Source: Opitutales bacterium (GTDB taxonomy: Bacteria > Verrucomicrobiota > Verrucomicrobiia > Opitutales > UBA953). From it: a stretch of 64,000 nt of DNA. Made by a program: the position numbers and the translations under genes. The notes under the pieces were generated by a model. The model saw nothing but the letters and a program-made list of their open reading frames with translations, was not told the DNA's origin and made no database searches. This document shows, one piece after another, positions 1 through 10,563 of the stretch (position 1 is the stretch's first letter; every line of letters begins with the position of its first letter). The stretch covers positions 1 to 64,000 of the forward strand of contig JBBAUX010000010.1 of the NCBI GenBank assembly GCA_040398005.1, read 5' to 3'.

Positions 1-86
1 CCTGAAGCGATTCGGAATATGGCGGCGTAGCCGATATTACCAGCAGCACCCGTTACAGAAACACGAATAGGAGATTTTGAAGCCAT
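1..86 (-). CDS. mdh: malate dehydrogenase, N-terminal fragment (runs off window edge)
   Basis: Manual translation from ATG at 86: [29 protein letters not shown]; the VTGAAGxIGY dinucleotide-binding motif is typical of MDH. Confidence 0.9.
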   Translation of the reverse strand, partial: [28 protein letters not shown]

Positions 87-135
87 AGAGTAGATTATCT
101 AGATACTTATCGGGTGAAGTGTGAAGCGGAAATTT

Positions 136-816
136 TTATAAATCGAACTCTCCCTGCATACTGTCCTCACGAGCAGGTAAACTGAGACTATCTTGGACCA
201 GTTGTGATACCGTGAGTTGGGACCGACCCTCCCCGGCGCAAAGCGTCCTTAAAATAAGGGCCGAAGCGAGGGCATCATAAAGTGCACTGTGATACTTGCG
301 ACGCTGTGGCGGACAATAGCGCTCGGCTAAGACGTCTAACTGACCCTGTAACTTAAAAAGCTTAATCAGTGAGGCTAATTTATAGTCACCCAAGGTGGGC
401 AACCAAAGTCGGGCCAAACGACACGAGTCAATCCAAGGCCCCCACTCGGCGGTCTGTGTGCCTTCCTCCAGTGAAGGAACTGCCGAAGGCCTTGGCCAGG
501 TTAGCCGCAGTAACTGAGATTCCACTGTAGCATTATGGGCCACAAAGATTCCAGTACGACGGAGGGAAACCCAATAATCCCATTCACTTTCAAAAGGAGT
601 CTGATTAATTAAATCCCGATCACTCAATCCATGACATTGCGTATCCAGTGTGGATAGGTTCGCACGGGCACCCTGTATTTTGGTCGCCGTAGCAAAAATT
701 TCTTTCTTCAATAACGTAACCACACCGTACTCGATTACGCCTGTACGATTACTGCCTTCGAAATCGACGACATGAAGAGGCAAGTCCGACCAAAGTGTTT
801 TACCAGCAAACTGCAT
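136..816 (-). CDS. DEDDh 3'-5' exonuclease (DnaQ-like)
   Basis: Motifs VVDFEG, FVAHNA, WIDS and HSALYDA. Confidence 0.85.
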   Translation of the reverse strand: MQFAGKTLWSDLPLHVVDFEGSNRTGVIEYGVVTLLKKEIFATATKIQGARANLSTLDTQCHGLSDRDLINQTPFESEWDYWVSLRRTGIFVAHNATVESQLLRLTWPRPSAVPSLEEGTQTAEWGPWIDSCRLARLWLPTLGDYKLASLIKLFKLQGQLDVLAERYCPPQRRKYHSALYDALASALILRTLCAGEGRSQLTVSQLVQDSLSLPAREDSMQGEFDL

Positions 817-859
817 TAATAATTTTTATATCACCCGACCGATTTAGTCAAATGACCCT

Positions 860-3391
860 TTAGCGCCACTCGTGCTTGGGGTAACGACCTTTTAATTCCT
901 TTTTAACCAACTCATAAGACCCCTTCCAAAATGCGTCTAAATCTGTGGTACGTTGCTGGGTGCGACGAGCAGGCGACTGAATGCATATCACCATCGGCAC
1001 CCTACCTTGGCATACCTTAAGTTTAGAGCCGGGAACATCGTACAGTTCTTGCACTGTCGCCTCAATCAAAGCCTCACCGTCATTGGTATACTCAATTTTC
1101 GCAGGATGCTTCTTGCGGGGTAATAGTATTTTTTCAGGACAGTAGGAATCTAAAGCTAATAATTGCTCGTGGGTTAACCAGCCACGTACGACAGACATGA
1201 CCGGACGATCTCGAATATCGCGATAGGCAACGGCGCCCTGACAAATTTCTTCCACCACCATTCGTTTTCCCGATTCATCAAAGACGGGAATGCTTAATTC
1301 GGGACAGTGCTTCGCTAGAAAATTCAATCGGTTGATCCAAGCGTCTACCGTATTGTCCCACTTTTCTAATTCTAATCTTCCAGCCAGAACTTCGGTCGCC
1401 AGCAGCTGCGAAGCTTCATCGCTCGTGGCGCCCTCTCGTTCGCTCGACTCTAAAACTAAATCACGGAAGCGTCGCTCCACCCTTGTCACCGCTCTTCGCT
1501 GCGTCGCATCATACTTAACAAAATTCTGATTAAAGAATTCACTTGGGAATAATTCTTTTAACCATTCTTCTTTAATTTCCGTGGCTAGACTTAAAAATGT
1601 GGTCACTTCGCCTCGTGTTTGAATTTCATCAATCTCAGCAGCGACCAAAAGTTTGGCCGAGCGAACCATTGATTCACGTCTTAATTCACCACGGCGATTA
1701 TGCACTAAGGCACAGCGCAAAGTTCCCGCATCTAAGCGCACTGCTAATCGATCAATAAATCCAACTAAAATAGCTTTTTGAATTTGTTCGGGTAAGGCAG
1801 GCTCATTATTTATTTTGAAACCCTGGCCGTCGGCTATTCTTAAAAACTGTTGAGCCGCTTGGTCGGCTTGGCGAGCTGCCTGACCTTGAATACCCAACCT
1901 CTGACAAGCATCCGCGTCGAATTTTAGGTCTTTGGCTTTTTGTAATAATGCTATTCGTAAAAAAAAGTCGGAGCCTTCTGACGTTTTAATATTTTCACGG
2001 GCGCGCTCGGCAGACTCATCAACTTTTCTTAGTAAAATATCCCGCCCTTGGCTGAGTCCAGCAATCGTCGCCACTTCGCTCACACAATTAAGTTCAGCGG
2101 CTGCCATCAACATGTGCGCATAGCGTGGGTGCGCTGGGAATACCGCCATTTTTTTACCGAGCGGGCTTAAGAGATTATTTTTATCAATCGCCCCAATGTC
2201 TTTCAAAACTGTGAATGCCTGCGCGAGCGCTTGAGCATTCGGACTCTCATACCACGGGAAATTCTCAACATCACTCCAGCCCATTGATAAGAGCAATAAA
2301 ATGGTTTCTGTTAAATCCATCCGCTTGATCTCGGGAGTTTCGCGGAGCGGACGTGATTGATGGTCGGTATGTGACCACAGGCGAATGCAGCGACCCGGAC
2401 CCGTCCGACCAGCACGCCCCGCACGCTGTTCAGCTGAGGCCTGTGCAATAGGCTCAATCAATAAGGTATCAATTCCGCGAATAGGATCGTAGCGGGCAAT
2501 GCGAGCCAGTCCGGCATCTACCACCATGCGAACTCCTGGAATAGTTAAAGAAGTTTCCGCTACATTGGTTGCGACGATTACCTTACGCTGATTAGATTCC
2601 TGCACGGCATTATCCTGATCACTTACTGAAAGTTCTCCGTGCAAGGGTAAGACCTGCACGCCACCAGCTTCTTTTAAAAACCTAACTGCGTTAATCGTTT
2701 TCATAATTTCATACGCACCTGGCATGAAAACTAGAATGTCTCCCGTTGGCTCTTCACGTAATAATCGGGCTACTTGCTCAGCTACCCTGTCCCAAATAGG
2801 TTGAGTGGACGTTCGTATTGTCGGTGCGTATTCTACTGCCACAGGGTAAGTCCGTCCGTCGGATATTAAAGTCTCCGCCGGTTTAAGCCATTGTGAGACC
2901 CCGGCGGTATCCAGAGTAGCCGACATGACTACTAATAATAAATCCGGGCGGTGTTTCTCCTGAAGTTGACGAGCCAAACTCAATGCGACATCGGAATGGA
3001 TATTACGCTCATGAAATTCATCAAAAATAATCGCCCCAATACCACGCAAGGCGGGATCGCTCGCGATCTGTCGAAGTAATAAAGCCTCCGTAATAAATTT
3101 CATTTTAGTTTCGGCGGAGTCCACTTTTTCGAAACGAATTTGATAACCCACTTCGCCGCCTAATTTCACGCCACGTTCCTGAGCCACACGTCTGGCCAAC
3201 AAGCGAGCGGCCATACGACGTGGCTGGAGGATGAGGATTTGACCTTCCACACATTTCATATCCACCAACATTTGCGGGAGGCGTGTAGATTTTCCTGAGC
3301 CGGTGGGAGCACTTAAAACAATTCGACGCGAACGAGTACAGGCCGCCTGTAAATCCGGCTTTAATTTGTCGATAGGTAAATCTAAACTCAT
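860..3391 (-). CDS. hrpB: ATP-dependent RNA helicase HrpB
   Basis: APTGSGKST, DEFHER, MSAT, QRAGRAGR and the C-terminal ELKGRYPKHEW signature. Confidence 0.93.
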   Translation of the reverse strand: MSLDLPIDKLKPDLQAACTRSRRIVLSAPTGSGKSTRLPQMLVDMKCVEGQILILQPRRMAARLLARRVAQERGVKLGGEVGYQIRFEKVDSAETKMKFITEALLLRQIASDPALRGIGAIIFDEFHERNIHSDVALSLARQLQEKHRPDLLLVVMSATLDTAGVSQWLKPAETLISDGRTYPVAVEYAPTIRTSTQPIWDRVAEQVARLLREEPTGDILVFMPGAYEIMKTINAVRFLKEAGGVQVLPLHGELSVSDQDNAVQESNQRKVIVATNVAETSLTIPGVRMVVDAGLARIARYDPIRGIDTLLIEPIAQASAEQRAGRAGRTGPGRCIRLWSHTDHQSRPLRETPEIKRMDLTETILLLLSMGWSDVENFPWYESPNAQALAQAFTVLKDIGAIDKNNLLSPLGKKMAVFPAHPRYAHMLMAAAELNCVSEVATIAGLSQGRDILLRKVDESAERARENIKTSEGSDFFLRIALLQKAKDLKFDADACQRLGIQGQAARQADQAAQQFLRIADGQGFKINNEPALPEQIQKAILVGFIDRLAVRLDAGTLRCALVHNRRGELRRESMVRSAKLLVAAEIDEIQTRGEVTTFLSLATEIKEEWLKELFPSEFFNQNFVKYDATQRRAVTRVERRFRDLVLESSEREGATSDEASQLLATEVLAGRLELEKWDNTVDAWINRLNFLAKHCPELSIPVFDESGKRMVVEEICQGAVAYRDIRDRPVMSVVRGWLTHEQLLALDSYCPEKILLPRKKHPAKIEYTNDGEALIEATVQELYDVPGSKLKVCQGRVPMVICIQSPARRTQQRTTDLDAFWKGSYELVKKELKGRYPKHEWR

Positions 3392-3846
3392 TAAACGTTT
3401 AAGGTAATGATACGAGCGACGGGAGTTCCACTAGAAATGGTTAGTCGAGCTACCGTAACCGGAAGTTTAAAACGTTTGGGGCCCGCACTCCCTGGATTAA
3501 TCCGTAAAATATTTTCATCCTCTTCAATAAGAGGGATATGGGAATGTCCCGTGATAATAATATCAGGTTTAAAGAATTGTTCATCATGCGGTAGATGTCC
3601 GTGGTACATAAGTAATTTCTTACCTCCGTATTCAGCAGTAAAGTAATCAGGAAAGGTTTCTTCGATATCACAGTTCCCGCCAACCGCGAAGGTCGGTGAG
3701 AATTGCTGTAAAGTATCTATAATTAACGAACCTCCTACATCACCTGCATGCAGTATAACATCACAACCTTCTAGGGCTACGATGGCTTCGGGGCGAAGTA
3801 ATCCGTGGGTATCCGAAATCAAACCAATCTCGCAGACCGCTTTCAC
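3391..3846 (-). CDS. metallophosphoesterase, YfcE/MJ0936 family
   Basis: SDTH, HAGD, GNCD, GHSH and NPGS motifs. Confidence 0.88.
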   Translation of the reverse strand: MKAVCEIGLISDTHGLLRPEAIVALEGCDVILHAGDVGGSLIIDTLQQFSPTFAVGGNCDIEETFPDYFTAEYGGKKLLMYHGHLPHDEQFFKPDIIITGHSHIPLIEEDENILRINPGSAGPKRFKLPVTVARLTISSGTPVARIITLNV

Positions 3847-5357
3847 TAGGATTGCGGGCGATGTAGTTTATCTGCCGAAACGGAGCGCAGAGAGGTAAAC
3901 TCAGCTCCCAAGGTTTCTTTCAGTTTATCTTTTAGACCTTGGGGCATAGCTTTTACGGCAGCATCGAAATCCTTGTCGCCAGGGAATAATGGTTTGGCTG
4001 ATTCAACTGGGCGAGTCGCAGGGCCTGCAGGTATTTCGAATTTATAATCACTGATTTTTTCATCAATGATAATGCCCGACTCATCGCTCACCGAAAGTTC
4101 CGTGACAGTGGTTTGGTCTTCGTCGATATCCACTTCGGGCGAGACAGATTCCTGGACCACTACCTTGGCAGGTTCCGAGGGCGCCTCAACCGCGGGGGTG
4201 GGTTGCGAACTGTTTATTTTTTTTTGGCCAGGCTCCCGAGGAAGTCTGGCTGCAGCGGCGGCGACATCTTTGATGAGATGATCAATCGGTCGCGTCTTAC
4301 ACTGTTCTATCGCCTTAAGCAAAGTGACTTCAAAATTCGCTCTGGGTGAAAGTCCGTAGCGAATACCCTGCTCACTGGTCTGCAAGCATTCCAAAAAGCT
4401 GACGAGTTTCTCCGTAGTGAGTGGTGCGCCGAGATGGGCACTGTTGCCACCTTGTTTAACTGCATCGAGCACAGCGGAGCGGACTAATAATTGAAGATCA
4501 TTCATCACGCGCATTAAGTCACGACCTTCGGCGTGAAATTTATCGCATAGTGCGATGACTGACTTCGCATCGCTCTGGGCGATACCTTTTGCTAAATCAG
4601 AAATTTGTTGAGCCGAAGCTAGTCCGTAAATGGATAACACATCGACTTCGGTAACCTTTTTTCCGGAGAAAGAAATTACCTGGTCTAAAATAGACTGGGA
4701 GTCACGCATTCCGCCATTAGCGATACGAGCAATCGCATTAAGCGCTGCGGGCTCGGCTTGCACTCCATCAGCTTTAACAATGCGCGCTAATTGAGCCGCA
4801 ATAACTTCTTCGGCGATGGGATGAAATTCTAGGCGCTGACAACGTGAAGTGATGGTAGGAAGGACTTTGTCGGCTTCGGTGGTCGCTAAAATAAATTTTA
4901 CCCAAGCCGGTGGCTCTTCGAGAGTTTTTAATAAAGTATTAAAGGCGTCTTTGGTTAACTGGTGCACCTCATCGATGATAAAAATCTTGAAGCGGCAATT
5001 TACGGGAGGGTATTGGCACTCTTCGCGGATTTTTTTGGCATCATCGATTGAACGATTCGAGGCGGCATCGATTTCAATGACATCCAAGCAGTTGCCCTGT
5101 TCAATTTCTTGGCAAACCGGATCGTCGACCGAGAAATCTGGATTAGTCTCCTTACCGCAGTTTAATGCTTTTGCTAGAATACGAGCGGTGGTGGTTTTTC
5201 CCGTACCGCGAGGACCCACAAAAAGGTAGGCGTGGGCGAGTTGCTTAGTCTTTAGCGCATTACTCAATGTACGTACAATGTGTTCTTGGCCCACCAATTC
5301 GTCAAAGCGACGAGGGCGCCAGCGGCGGGCAATAACTTGAAAGACAGGCTCGGACAC
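3846..5357 (-). CDS. dnaX: DNA polymerase III subunit gamma/tau
   Basis: ARRWRP..F..LVGQEH, Walker A GPRGTGKT, IDEVH, TITSRC; GTG start. Confidence 0.95.
   Translation of the reverse strand: MSEPVFQVIARRWRPRRFDELVGQEHIVRTLSNALKTKQLAHAYLFVGPRGTGKTTTARILAKALNCGKETNPDFSVDDPVCQEIEQGNCLDVIEIDAASNRSIDDAKKIREECQYPPVNCRFKIFIIDEVHQLTKDAFNTLLKTLEEPPAWVKFILATTEADKVLPTITSRCQRLEFHPIAEEVIAAQLARIVKADGVQAEPAALNAIARIANGGMRDSQSILDQVISFSGKKVTEVDVLSIYGLASAQQISDLAKGIAQSDAKSVIALCDKFHAEGRDLMRVMNDLQLLVRSAVLDAVKQGGNSAHLGAPLTTEKLVSFLECLQTSEQGIRYGLSPRANFEVTLLKAIEQCKTRPIDHLIKDVAAAAARLPREPGQKKINSSQPTPAVEAPSEPAKVVVQESVSPEVDIDEDQTTVTELSVSDESGIIIDEKISDYKFEIPAGPATRPVESAKPLFPGDKDFDAAVKAMPQGLKDKLKETLGAEFTSLRSVSADKLHRPQS
4214..4226 (-). 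other. putative transcriptional slippage/frameshift site in dnaX (C-A9-TAA)
   Basis: Nine T on the plus strand at 4217-4225; coding strand reads CAA AAA AAA ATA A with an immediate TAA in the +1 frame. Confidence 0.65.
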
Positions 5358-5410
5358 AGGACTTAATCAAAACCCTAAGCGATAAAGTGTCAACGGGGCA
5401 AAGAGATTGC

Positions 5411-6964
5411 CTACTCCCACTCGATGGTAGCGGGGGGCTTTGACGAGACATCGTACACGACGCGATTGATGCCCTTAACTTCATTAATAATTCGGGTAGA
5501 GGCGCGTTGTAAAACATCGTAAGGCAAGCGTGCCCAATCCGCCGTCATAGCGTCGGATGAGGTAACGGCACGTAGCGCACAAACATTATCATAGGTGCGG
5601 CCATCACCCATCACACCCACGCTCCGCACGGGAAGAAAGACCGCGAAGGCCTGCCAAACTTTGCTGTAGTTTCCGGACGTTCTTAATTCATTGATAAAGA
5701 TATCATCCGCTTTACGAAGAATCTCTAGTCGCTCGGGAGTAATATCACCACAAATACGCACTGCTAAACCAGGGCCTGGGAAAGGATGACGCCAGACCAT
5801 CTCTTTAGGTAAGCCTAAGGCTTCACCGAGAGCTCGTACTTCATCCTTAAATAACTCACGCAGTGGCTCGAGAAGTTTTAATTTCATGCGCTTCGGTAGG
5901 CCGCCCACGTTGTGGTGACTCTTAATCGTCACCGCTGGACCGCCACCCGGTGAAATCGATTCAATGACATCGGGATAAAGTGTACCTTGCGCCAAGAACT
6001 CTACTTTACCTTTTTTAGCTAGGTCTTTTACCGAGCGATCAAAGACGGCAATAAACTCACGTCCGATAATTTTACGTTTCTTCTCAGGATCTCTCACGCC
6101 TTTTAATTTTTTCAAAAAGACAGCCGACGCATCGACCACGCGAAGATCCACTTTAAATTTTCCGCGGAACATTTTTTCGACCTGTTGACGTTCACCCAGG
6201 CGAAGTAAGCCGTTATCGACAAATACGCAGGTGAGTTGTTTGCCAATCGCCTTTTGAATGAGGGCGGCGGCGACGGATGAATCAACACCACCGGATAGAC
6301 CTAAAATGACATGAGAGTCCCCCACCCGATTGCGGATATCTTGAATAGCCGTTTCAACGTAATCACCCATCACCCAATTGGGCTTACATTTACAAATACG
6401 GAACAAAAAGTTTTTGATGATTTCTAGGCCACGCTCCGAGTGAGCTACTTCAGGGTGGAATTGAATTCCGTAAAATCTCCGGCGAGTATCTTCAACAACT
6501 GCATTCTTAGAATTCTCTGTACCCGCTACGGCGTGAAAGCCTTTGGGCAGGCGTGTCACTTTATCCCCGTGCGAATTCCAAACGCGTAAGGGCGATTTTA
6601 ATCCGTATAAGAGTTCGGACTTCTTCGGACGGAACGACAACAGGCCGTGGCCATACTCACGGTGTTGGCTACTGGCGACTTGGCCGCCCAGCATCTCACC
6701 CATTAGCTGCACGCCGTAACAAATACCGAGAATCGGTAATCCCATTTCAAAAATTTCTGATTGAGGGCGAGGTGATCCCTTAGCTTTAACACTCGAAGGT
6801 CCGCCTGAAAAAATAACGCCAATGACACCATCCGCACGGAGGGTTTCAGCCGAGACATCGAACGCATAAATGCGGGAGTGAACATTGCATTCACGTACGC
6901 GACGGGCGATGACCTTGGTGAGTTGTGAACCAAAATCAAGAATAGCGATGGACCGTTGATTCAT
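5411..6964 (-). CDS. guaA: GMP synthase (glutamine-hydrolysing)
   Basis: [42 protein letters not shown]. Confidence 0.97.
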   Translation of the reverse strand: MNQRSIAILDFGSQLTKVIARRVRECNVHSRIYAFDVSAETLRADGVIGVIFSGGPSSVKAKGSPRPQSEIFEMGLPILGICYGVQLMGEMLGGQVASSQHREYGHGLLSFRPKKSELLYGLKSPLRVWNSHGDKVTRLPKGFHAVAGTENSKNAVVEDTRRRFYGIQFHPEVAHSERGLEIIKNFLFRICKCKPNWVMGDYVETAIQDIRNRVGDSHVILGLSGGVDSSVAAALIQKAIGKQLTCVFVDNGLLRLGERQQVEKMFRGKFKVDLRVVDASAVFLKKLKGVRDPEKKRKIIGREFIAVFDRSVKDLAKKGKVEFLAQGTLYPDVIESISPGGGPAVTIKSHHNVGGLPKRMKLKLLEPLRELFKDEVRALGEALGLPKEMVWRHPFPGPGLAVRICGDITPERLEILRKADDIFINELRTSGNYSKVWQAFAVFLPVRSVGVMGDGRTYDNVCALRAVTSSDAMTADWARLPYDVLQRASTRIINEVKGINRVVYDVSSKPPATIEWE

Positions 6965-6978
6965 AAAAATGATGGAGG

Positions 6979-7215
6979 TTAAAATTTAAGACGGGCGTTA
7001 TTCCAGCCACATTGCGGACAGGAGGCCTCTGCTCGACGACGCGGGCGTACATAGGTAAAACTGCAACGGGTGCAGGAAAAAACGGAGCTCAAGCGACGGT
7101 GATCCGAAAGCAAAGCATCGCGCCGGTCGTACCAAAATTGCAGAAAGAAAAGTGCCCCAATAACCGCGGCGACGAGACAGGCCAAAAAGACATCGAGGTC
7201 GATAGGCTGAAGCAT
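6979..7215 (-). CDS. small membrane protein with C-terminal CxxC...CxxC zinc ribbon
   Basis: Hydrophobic segment [20 protein letters not shown], then CTRC and CPQC; fills the gap between the terminator and guaA. Confidence 0.7.
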   Translation of the reverse strand: MLQPIDLDVFLACLVAAVIGALFFLQFWYDRRDALLSDHRRLSSVFSCTRCSFTYVRPRRRAEASCPQCGWNNARLKF

Positions 7216-7239
7216 GGTTGAAAATTAGGGGTTTTGATT

Positions 7240-7280
7240 AAAAAAGCGAGACGCGTCACTAGGAACAATGACGCGTCTCG
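7240..7280 (-). terminator. intrinsic terminator of the ribosomal superoperon
   Basis: 12-bp stem CGAGACGCGTCA (7247-7258)/TGACGCGTCTCG (7269-7280), followed on the minus strand by a T run, just after rplQ. Confidence 0.85.
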
Positions 7281-7303
7281 TTAAGTTGATGTTTTGCTAG
7301 TAC

Positions 7304-7771
7304 TTACGCTTTAGCGGCCGCAGCTTCTTCCTTAGCAACCTTAGGCTTACGTGCAGTTTTAGCCTTAGGAGTTAAAGCAGGAGCTTTGTCATCTTTACCG
7401 ACTAACTCGATGAGTGCAGTTTCAGCAGCATCGCCCTTACGGACGTTGAGCTTGTAGATACGAGTGAAGCCACCATTGCGGGTCATGAACTGTTTAACAC
7501 GTTCTTTGAAAAGAAGGTTAGCAGCGGATTCATCGCGTAAGCGAGCCATGGCCAAACGATAGTAGTGCAACTTGACGCTCTTGTCGGCGGACTGTTCAGC
7601 CTTCTTAGCGAGCGTGATTAAACGTTCGGCGAAAGGACGGACAGCACGGGCGCGGGAGAGCGTGGTGGTGATACGAGCATTCTTGATGAGTGCTGCAGCC
7701 AAGTTGGCGACGAGGGAACGACGGTGGGCGGTTTTGACGCCGAGGACGTTATGGTGAGAGCGGTGACGCAT
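7304..7771 (-). CDS. rplQ: 50S ribosomal protein L17
   Basis: MRHR...HRRSL..NL..ALI...RITTT; GGFTRI; follows rpoA. Confidence 0.95.
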   Translation of the reverse strand: MRHRSHHNVLGVKTAHRRSLVANLAAALIKNARITTTLSRARAVRPFAERLITLAKKAEQSADKSVKLHYYRLAMARLRDESAANLLFKERVKQFMTRNGGFTRIYKLNVRKGDAAETALIELVGKDDKAPALTPKAKTARKPKVAKEEAAAAKA

Positions 7772-7786
7772 GTTCTGATTTCTCGA

Positions 7787-8803
7787 TTACGAGTTTACAC
7801 CTTTATCTAATAAGCGCTCATCAATTTTCTGTCCGAGAGACAGACCCAATTGCTCGAGCTTAGCTTTGATTTCGTTAAGAGACTTCTTACCGAAGTTGCG
7901 GTACTTGAGCATTTCTTGTTCAGACTTCATCGCGAGTTCACCAACGGTGTTGATGTTTGCGTTGTTCAAGCAGTTTGCGGCACGAACGGAAAGTTCGATT
8001 TCGTTAACCGACATGTTCAGTAATTTACGGAGGCGATTAGCTTCTTCGCTCACTTCAGATTTACCTGATTCGAATTCAACCGGATCGGTTGATACGGTAT
8101 CAAATACCGCGAGGTGGTGACGGAGGATAGCCGACGCTTCTTTTAAAGCTTCGTCTGGAGTAATACGACCATCGGTCGAAATCTCTAAAACGAGTTTATC
8201 GTAATCGGTCATTTGACCAACACGGGTGCTCTCCACTGCGTACTTTACTAAAGTTACAGGGGAGAAAAGTGAATCAACAGGAATGGAACCGATGGACTGT
8301 TCGGCTTTTTTGTTTTCTTCAGCGGATGCCCAGCTACGTCCGACGCTTACTTCTACTTCAGCAGTGAAAGTACGCTTACGGTCGATGGTGCAAATGACGG
8401 TGTCAGGATTGACCACTGAAACTGAACCAGTCTTGTTTTCGAAAACGATGTCCGAAGCTTTAACCACTCCGGTTTTGTTAACGTCGATACGACCTTTAAA
8501 AGATTCGCGCTTATTCGCTTCAGTGCGGATGCGAACTTTCTTAAGGTTGAGAACGATTTCGGTGACGTCTTCAACAACGCCATCGATAGGTTGAAACTCA
8601 TGCTGCACTCCTTCGATCATCACTGCGGAAATCGCAGCGCCCTCGATAGAGCTGAGGAGCACGCGACGCAGCGAGTTGCCAATCGTGTGGCCGAAACCGG
8701 CCTCGAATGGCTCTGCGAAGTAGCGAGCAAAAGTTGGGGTGGCTGAGGATTCCTCTTTTTTGAGGCCCTTGGGTAGTTCGAATTTTCCGAGGCGCTTGGT
8801 CAT
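7787..8803 (-). CDS. rpoA: RNA polymerase subunit alpha
   Basis: EPFEAGFGHTIGNSLRRVLLSS; ELSVRAANCL; start moved to ATG 8803 (MTKRLGK) to avoid overlap with rpsD. Confidence 0.96.
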   Translation of the reverse strand: MTKRLGKFELPKGLKKEESSATPTFARYFAEPFEAGFGHTIGNSLRRVLLSSIEGAAISAVMIEGVQHEFQPIDGVVEDVTEIVLNLKKVRIRTEANKRESFKGRIDVNKTGVVKASDIVFENKTGSVSVVNPDTVICTIDRKRTFTAEVEVSVGRSWASAEENKKAEQSIGSIPVDSLFSPVTLVKYAVESTRVGQMTDYDKLVLEISTDGRITPDEALKEASAILRHHLAVFDTVSTDPVEFESGKSEVSEEANRLRKLLNMSVNEIELSVRAANCLNNANINTVGELAMKSEQEMLKYRNFGKKSLNEIKAKLEQLGLSLGQKIDERLLDKGVNS

Positions 8804-8840
8804 GTCTTTTTGTAGTTGGTTGTTTTGGTTGGCGGTTGGA

Positions 8841-9449
8841 TCAGCGGCTGTAGAATTCAACGATGATCTGAACATTGATGTCGCGTGATAGTTCTTCCTT
8901 CGCTGGCTCACGGACCATTTGTCCTTTGAGTTGTTCAGCAACGGTGACTAACCAAGCAGGAACAACACGACCTTGGCCTTCTTCAATGGCACGGGTAGCG
9001 AGTTGTTTCGAAGAAGTACGATCACGAATCTCAATTTCGTGTCCAGGCGCTACGGTGAAGCTAGCCACGTCTACTTTACGGCCGTCGATGCGGACGTGTC
9101 CATGGGAGACGAGCTGACGAGCAGCGGAGCGGGAGTTGGCAAAACCAAGACGATAGACAACGTTGTCTAAACGGGTTTCGAGAATGCGGAGGAAATTATC
9201 ACCAGCAACACCACCCATACGCTTAGCGCGTTCGAAGGATAAGCGGAACTGTTTCTCAGTCAGGCCGTACATCATACGGAGTTTTTGTTTTTCATTCAGA
9301 CCAACACCATACTCCGAAACTTTTCGGCGGGTGGTCTTACCGTGGATACCGGGTGGGTATGGACGGCGTTCCTCACCTTTAGAGGTGGGGAAGATATTTT
9401 GGCCAAAGCGACGATTCAGCTTGGTCGTGGGTCCAGTGTAACGAGACAT
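8841..9449 (-). CDS. rpsD: 30S ribosomal protein S4
   Basis: MSRYTGP, EKQKLR, LETRLDNVVYR, IVEFYSR. Confidence 0.97.
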   Translation of the reverse strand: MSRYTGPTTKLNRRFGQNIFPTSKGEERRPYPPGIHGKTTRRKVSEYGVGLNEKQKLRMMYGLTEKQFRLSFERAKRMGGVAGDNFLRILETRLDNVVYRLGFANSRSAARQLVSHGHVRIDGRKVDVASFTVAPGHEIEIRDRTSSKQLATRAIEEGQGRVVPAWLVTVAEQLKGQMVREPAKEELSRDINVQIIVEFYSR

Positions 9450-9525
9450 GATTTATTATTTTTGGTATTTGTGGCGGATGATAGAACCCGCCCGGTTTGC
9501 CATAGCCGGACGGTAAGTCGAAAAA

Positions 9526-10077
9526 TTAAACGCGGCGACGCTTAGGAGGGCGGCAACCGTTATGAGGAATTGGAGTCGTATCGAGAATCGAAGTTACATT
9601 GAGTCCGAGAACTTGGAGCGCACGAATCGCACTGTCGCGACCCATACCTGGACCCTTAACACGAACCGAAACATCTTTTAAGCCGTGAGCCATCGCTAAC
9701 TTAGCGGCTTCTTGGCAAACTACTTGAGCGGCATACGCGGTAGATTTGCGGGAACCACGGAATTGGTGACGACCAGCCGAACCCCAAGAGATCACATTAC
9801 CACTGGCATCTGTAATGGTTACTTTGGTGTTATTGAAGGTAGCTAAAATATGGCAGATTCCCACGGTGATATTTTTGGAACCTTTGGCGCGACGAACTTT
9901 AATTTCGCCGATGTCTTCGCCTAATAATTCTTTCGCCGTAATTTCCTTACGCTCTGGTGGGGTGGCTTCCGCTGCAACAGGTGCAACTACGTCAGGAGCT
10001 ACCGCAGGGGCGGCCGCTTCTGGTGACGCAGCTTTAGGCTTACGTACTTTAGGAGTCTTGGGTGCTTCTTCGCTCAT
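9526..10077 (-). CDS. rpsK: 30S ribosomal protein S11 with Ala/Pro-rich N-terminal extension
   Basis: [33 protein letters not shown]. Confidence 0.96.
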   Translation of the reverse strand: MSEEAPKTPKVRKPKAASPEAAAPAVAPDVVAPVAAEATPPERKEITAKELLGEDIGEIKVRRAKGSKNITVGICHILATFNNTKVTITDASGNVISWGSAGRHQFRGSRKSTAYAAQVVCQEAAKLAMAHGLKDVSVRVKGPGMGRDSAIRALQVLGLNVTSILDTTPIPHNGCRPPKRRRV

Positions 10078-10104
10078 CGTAAAATTATATTAGAGATTTA
10101 AAAA

Positions 10105-10485
10105 TTATTTGGAAGGAGCTGCCGCAACGCCGACAGTCTTACGCTTACCCTTACGTGTACGAGCGTTAGTACGTGTACGCTGACCACGAACAGGAAGTCC
10201 GCGGAAGTGGCGAAGGCCGCGGTAACATTTTACTGCTTGGAGACGCTTGAGATTTTGTGCGATGTCGCGACGTAAATCACCTTCACACTTGTAGCCCATA
10301 CGAACGATGTACTCGACGATCTTATTTAATTGCTCCTCCGAGAGATTCGAAGCGCGCATGGTGGGATCAAAGCCGAGAGCTTCGCAAATTTCTGTGGCAC
10401 GGCGTGGGCCGATACCATAGATGTAGCGAAGCGAGTACTCTACTTTTTTGTTGTTGGGTATATCTACTCCGAGGATTCGTGGCAT
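10105..10485 (-). CDS. rpsM: 30S ribosomal protein S13
   Basis: [34 protein letters not shown]; start moved to ATG 10485. Confidence 0.96.
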   Translation of the reverse strand: MPRILGVDIPNNKKVEYSLRYIYGIGPRRATEICEALGFDPTMRASNLSEEQLNKIVEYIVRMGYKCEGDLRRDIAQNLKRLQAVKCYRGLRHFRGLPVRGQRTRTNARTRKGKRKTVGVAAAPSK

Positions 10486-10563
10486 AGGGTCCGGGCTGTT
10501 TAGAAGGTGGGAAAGAGGTCGGAACTTGTGGGTTCTTGGGGGATTTGAAAGCAAAAAATTGAG

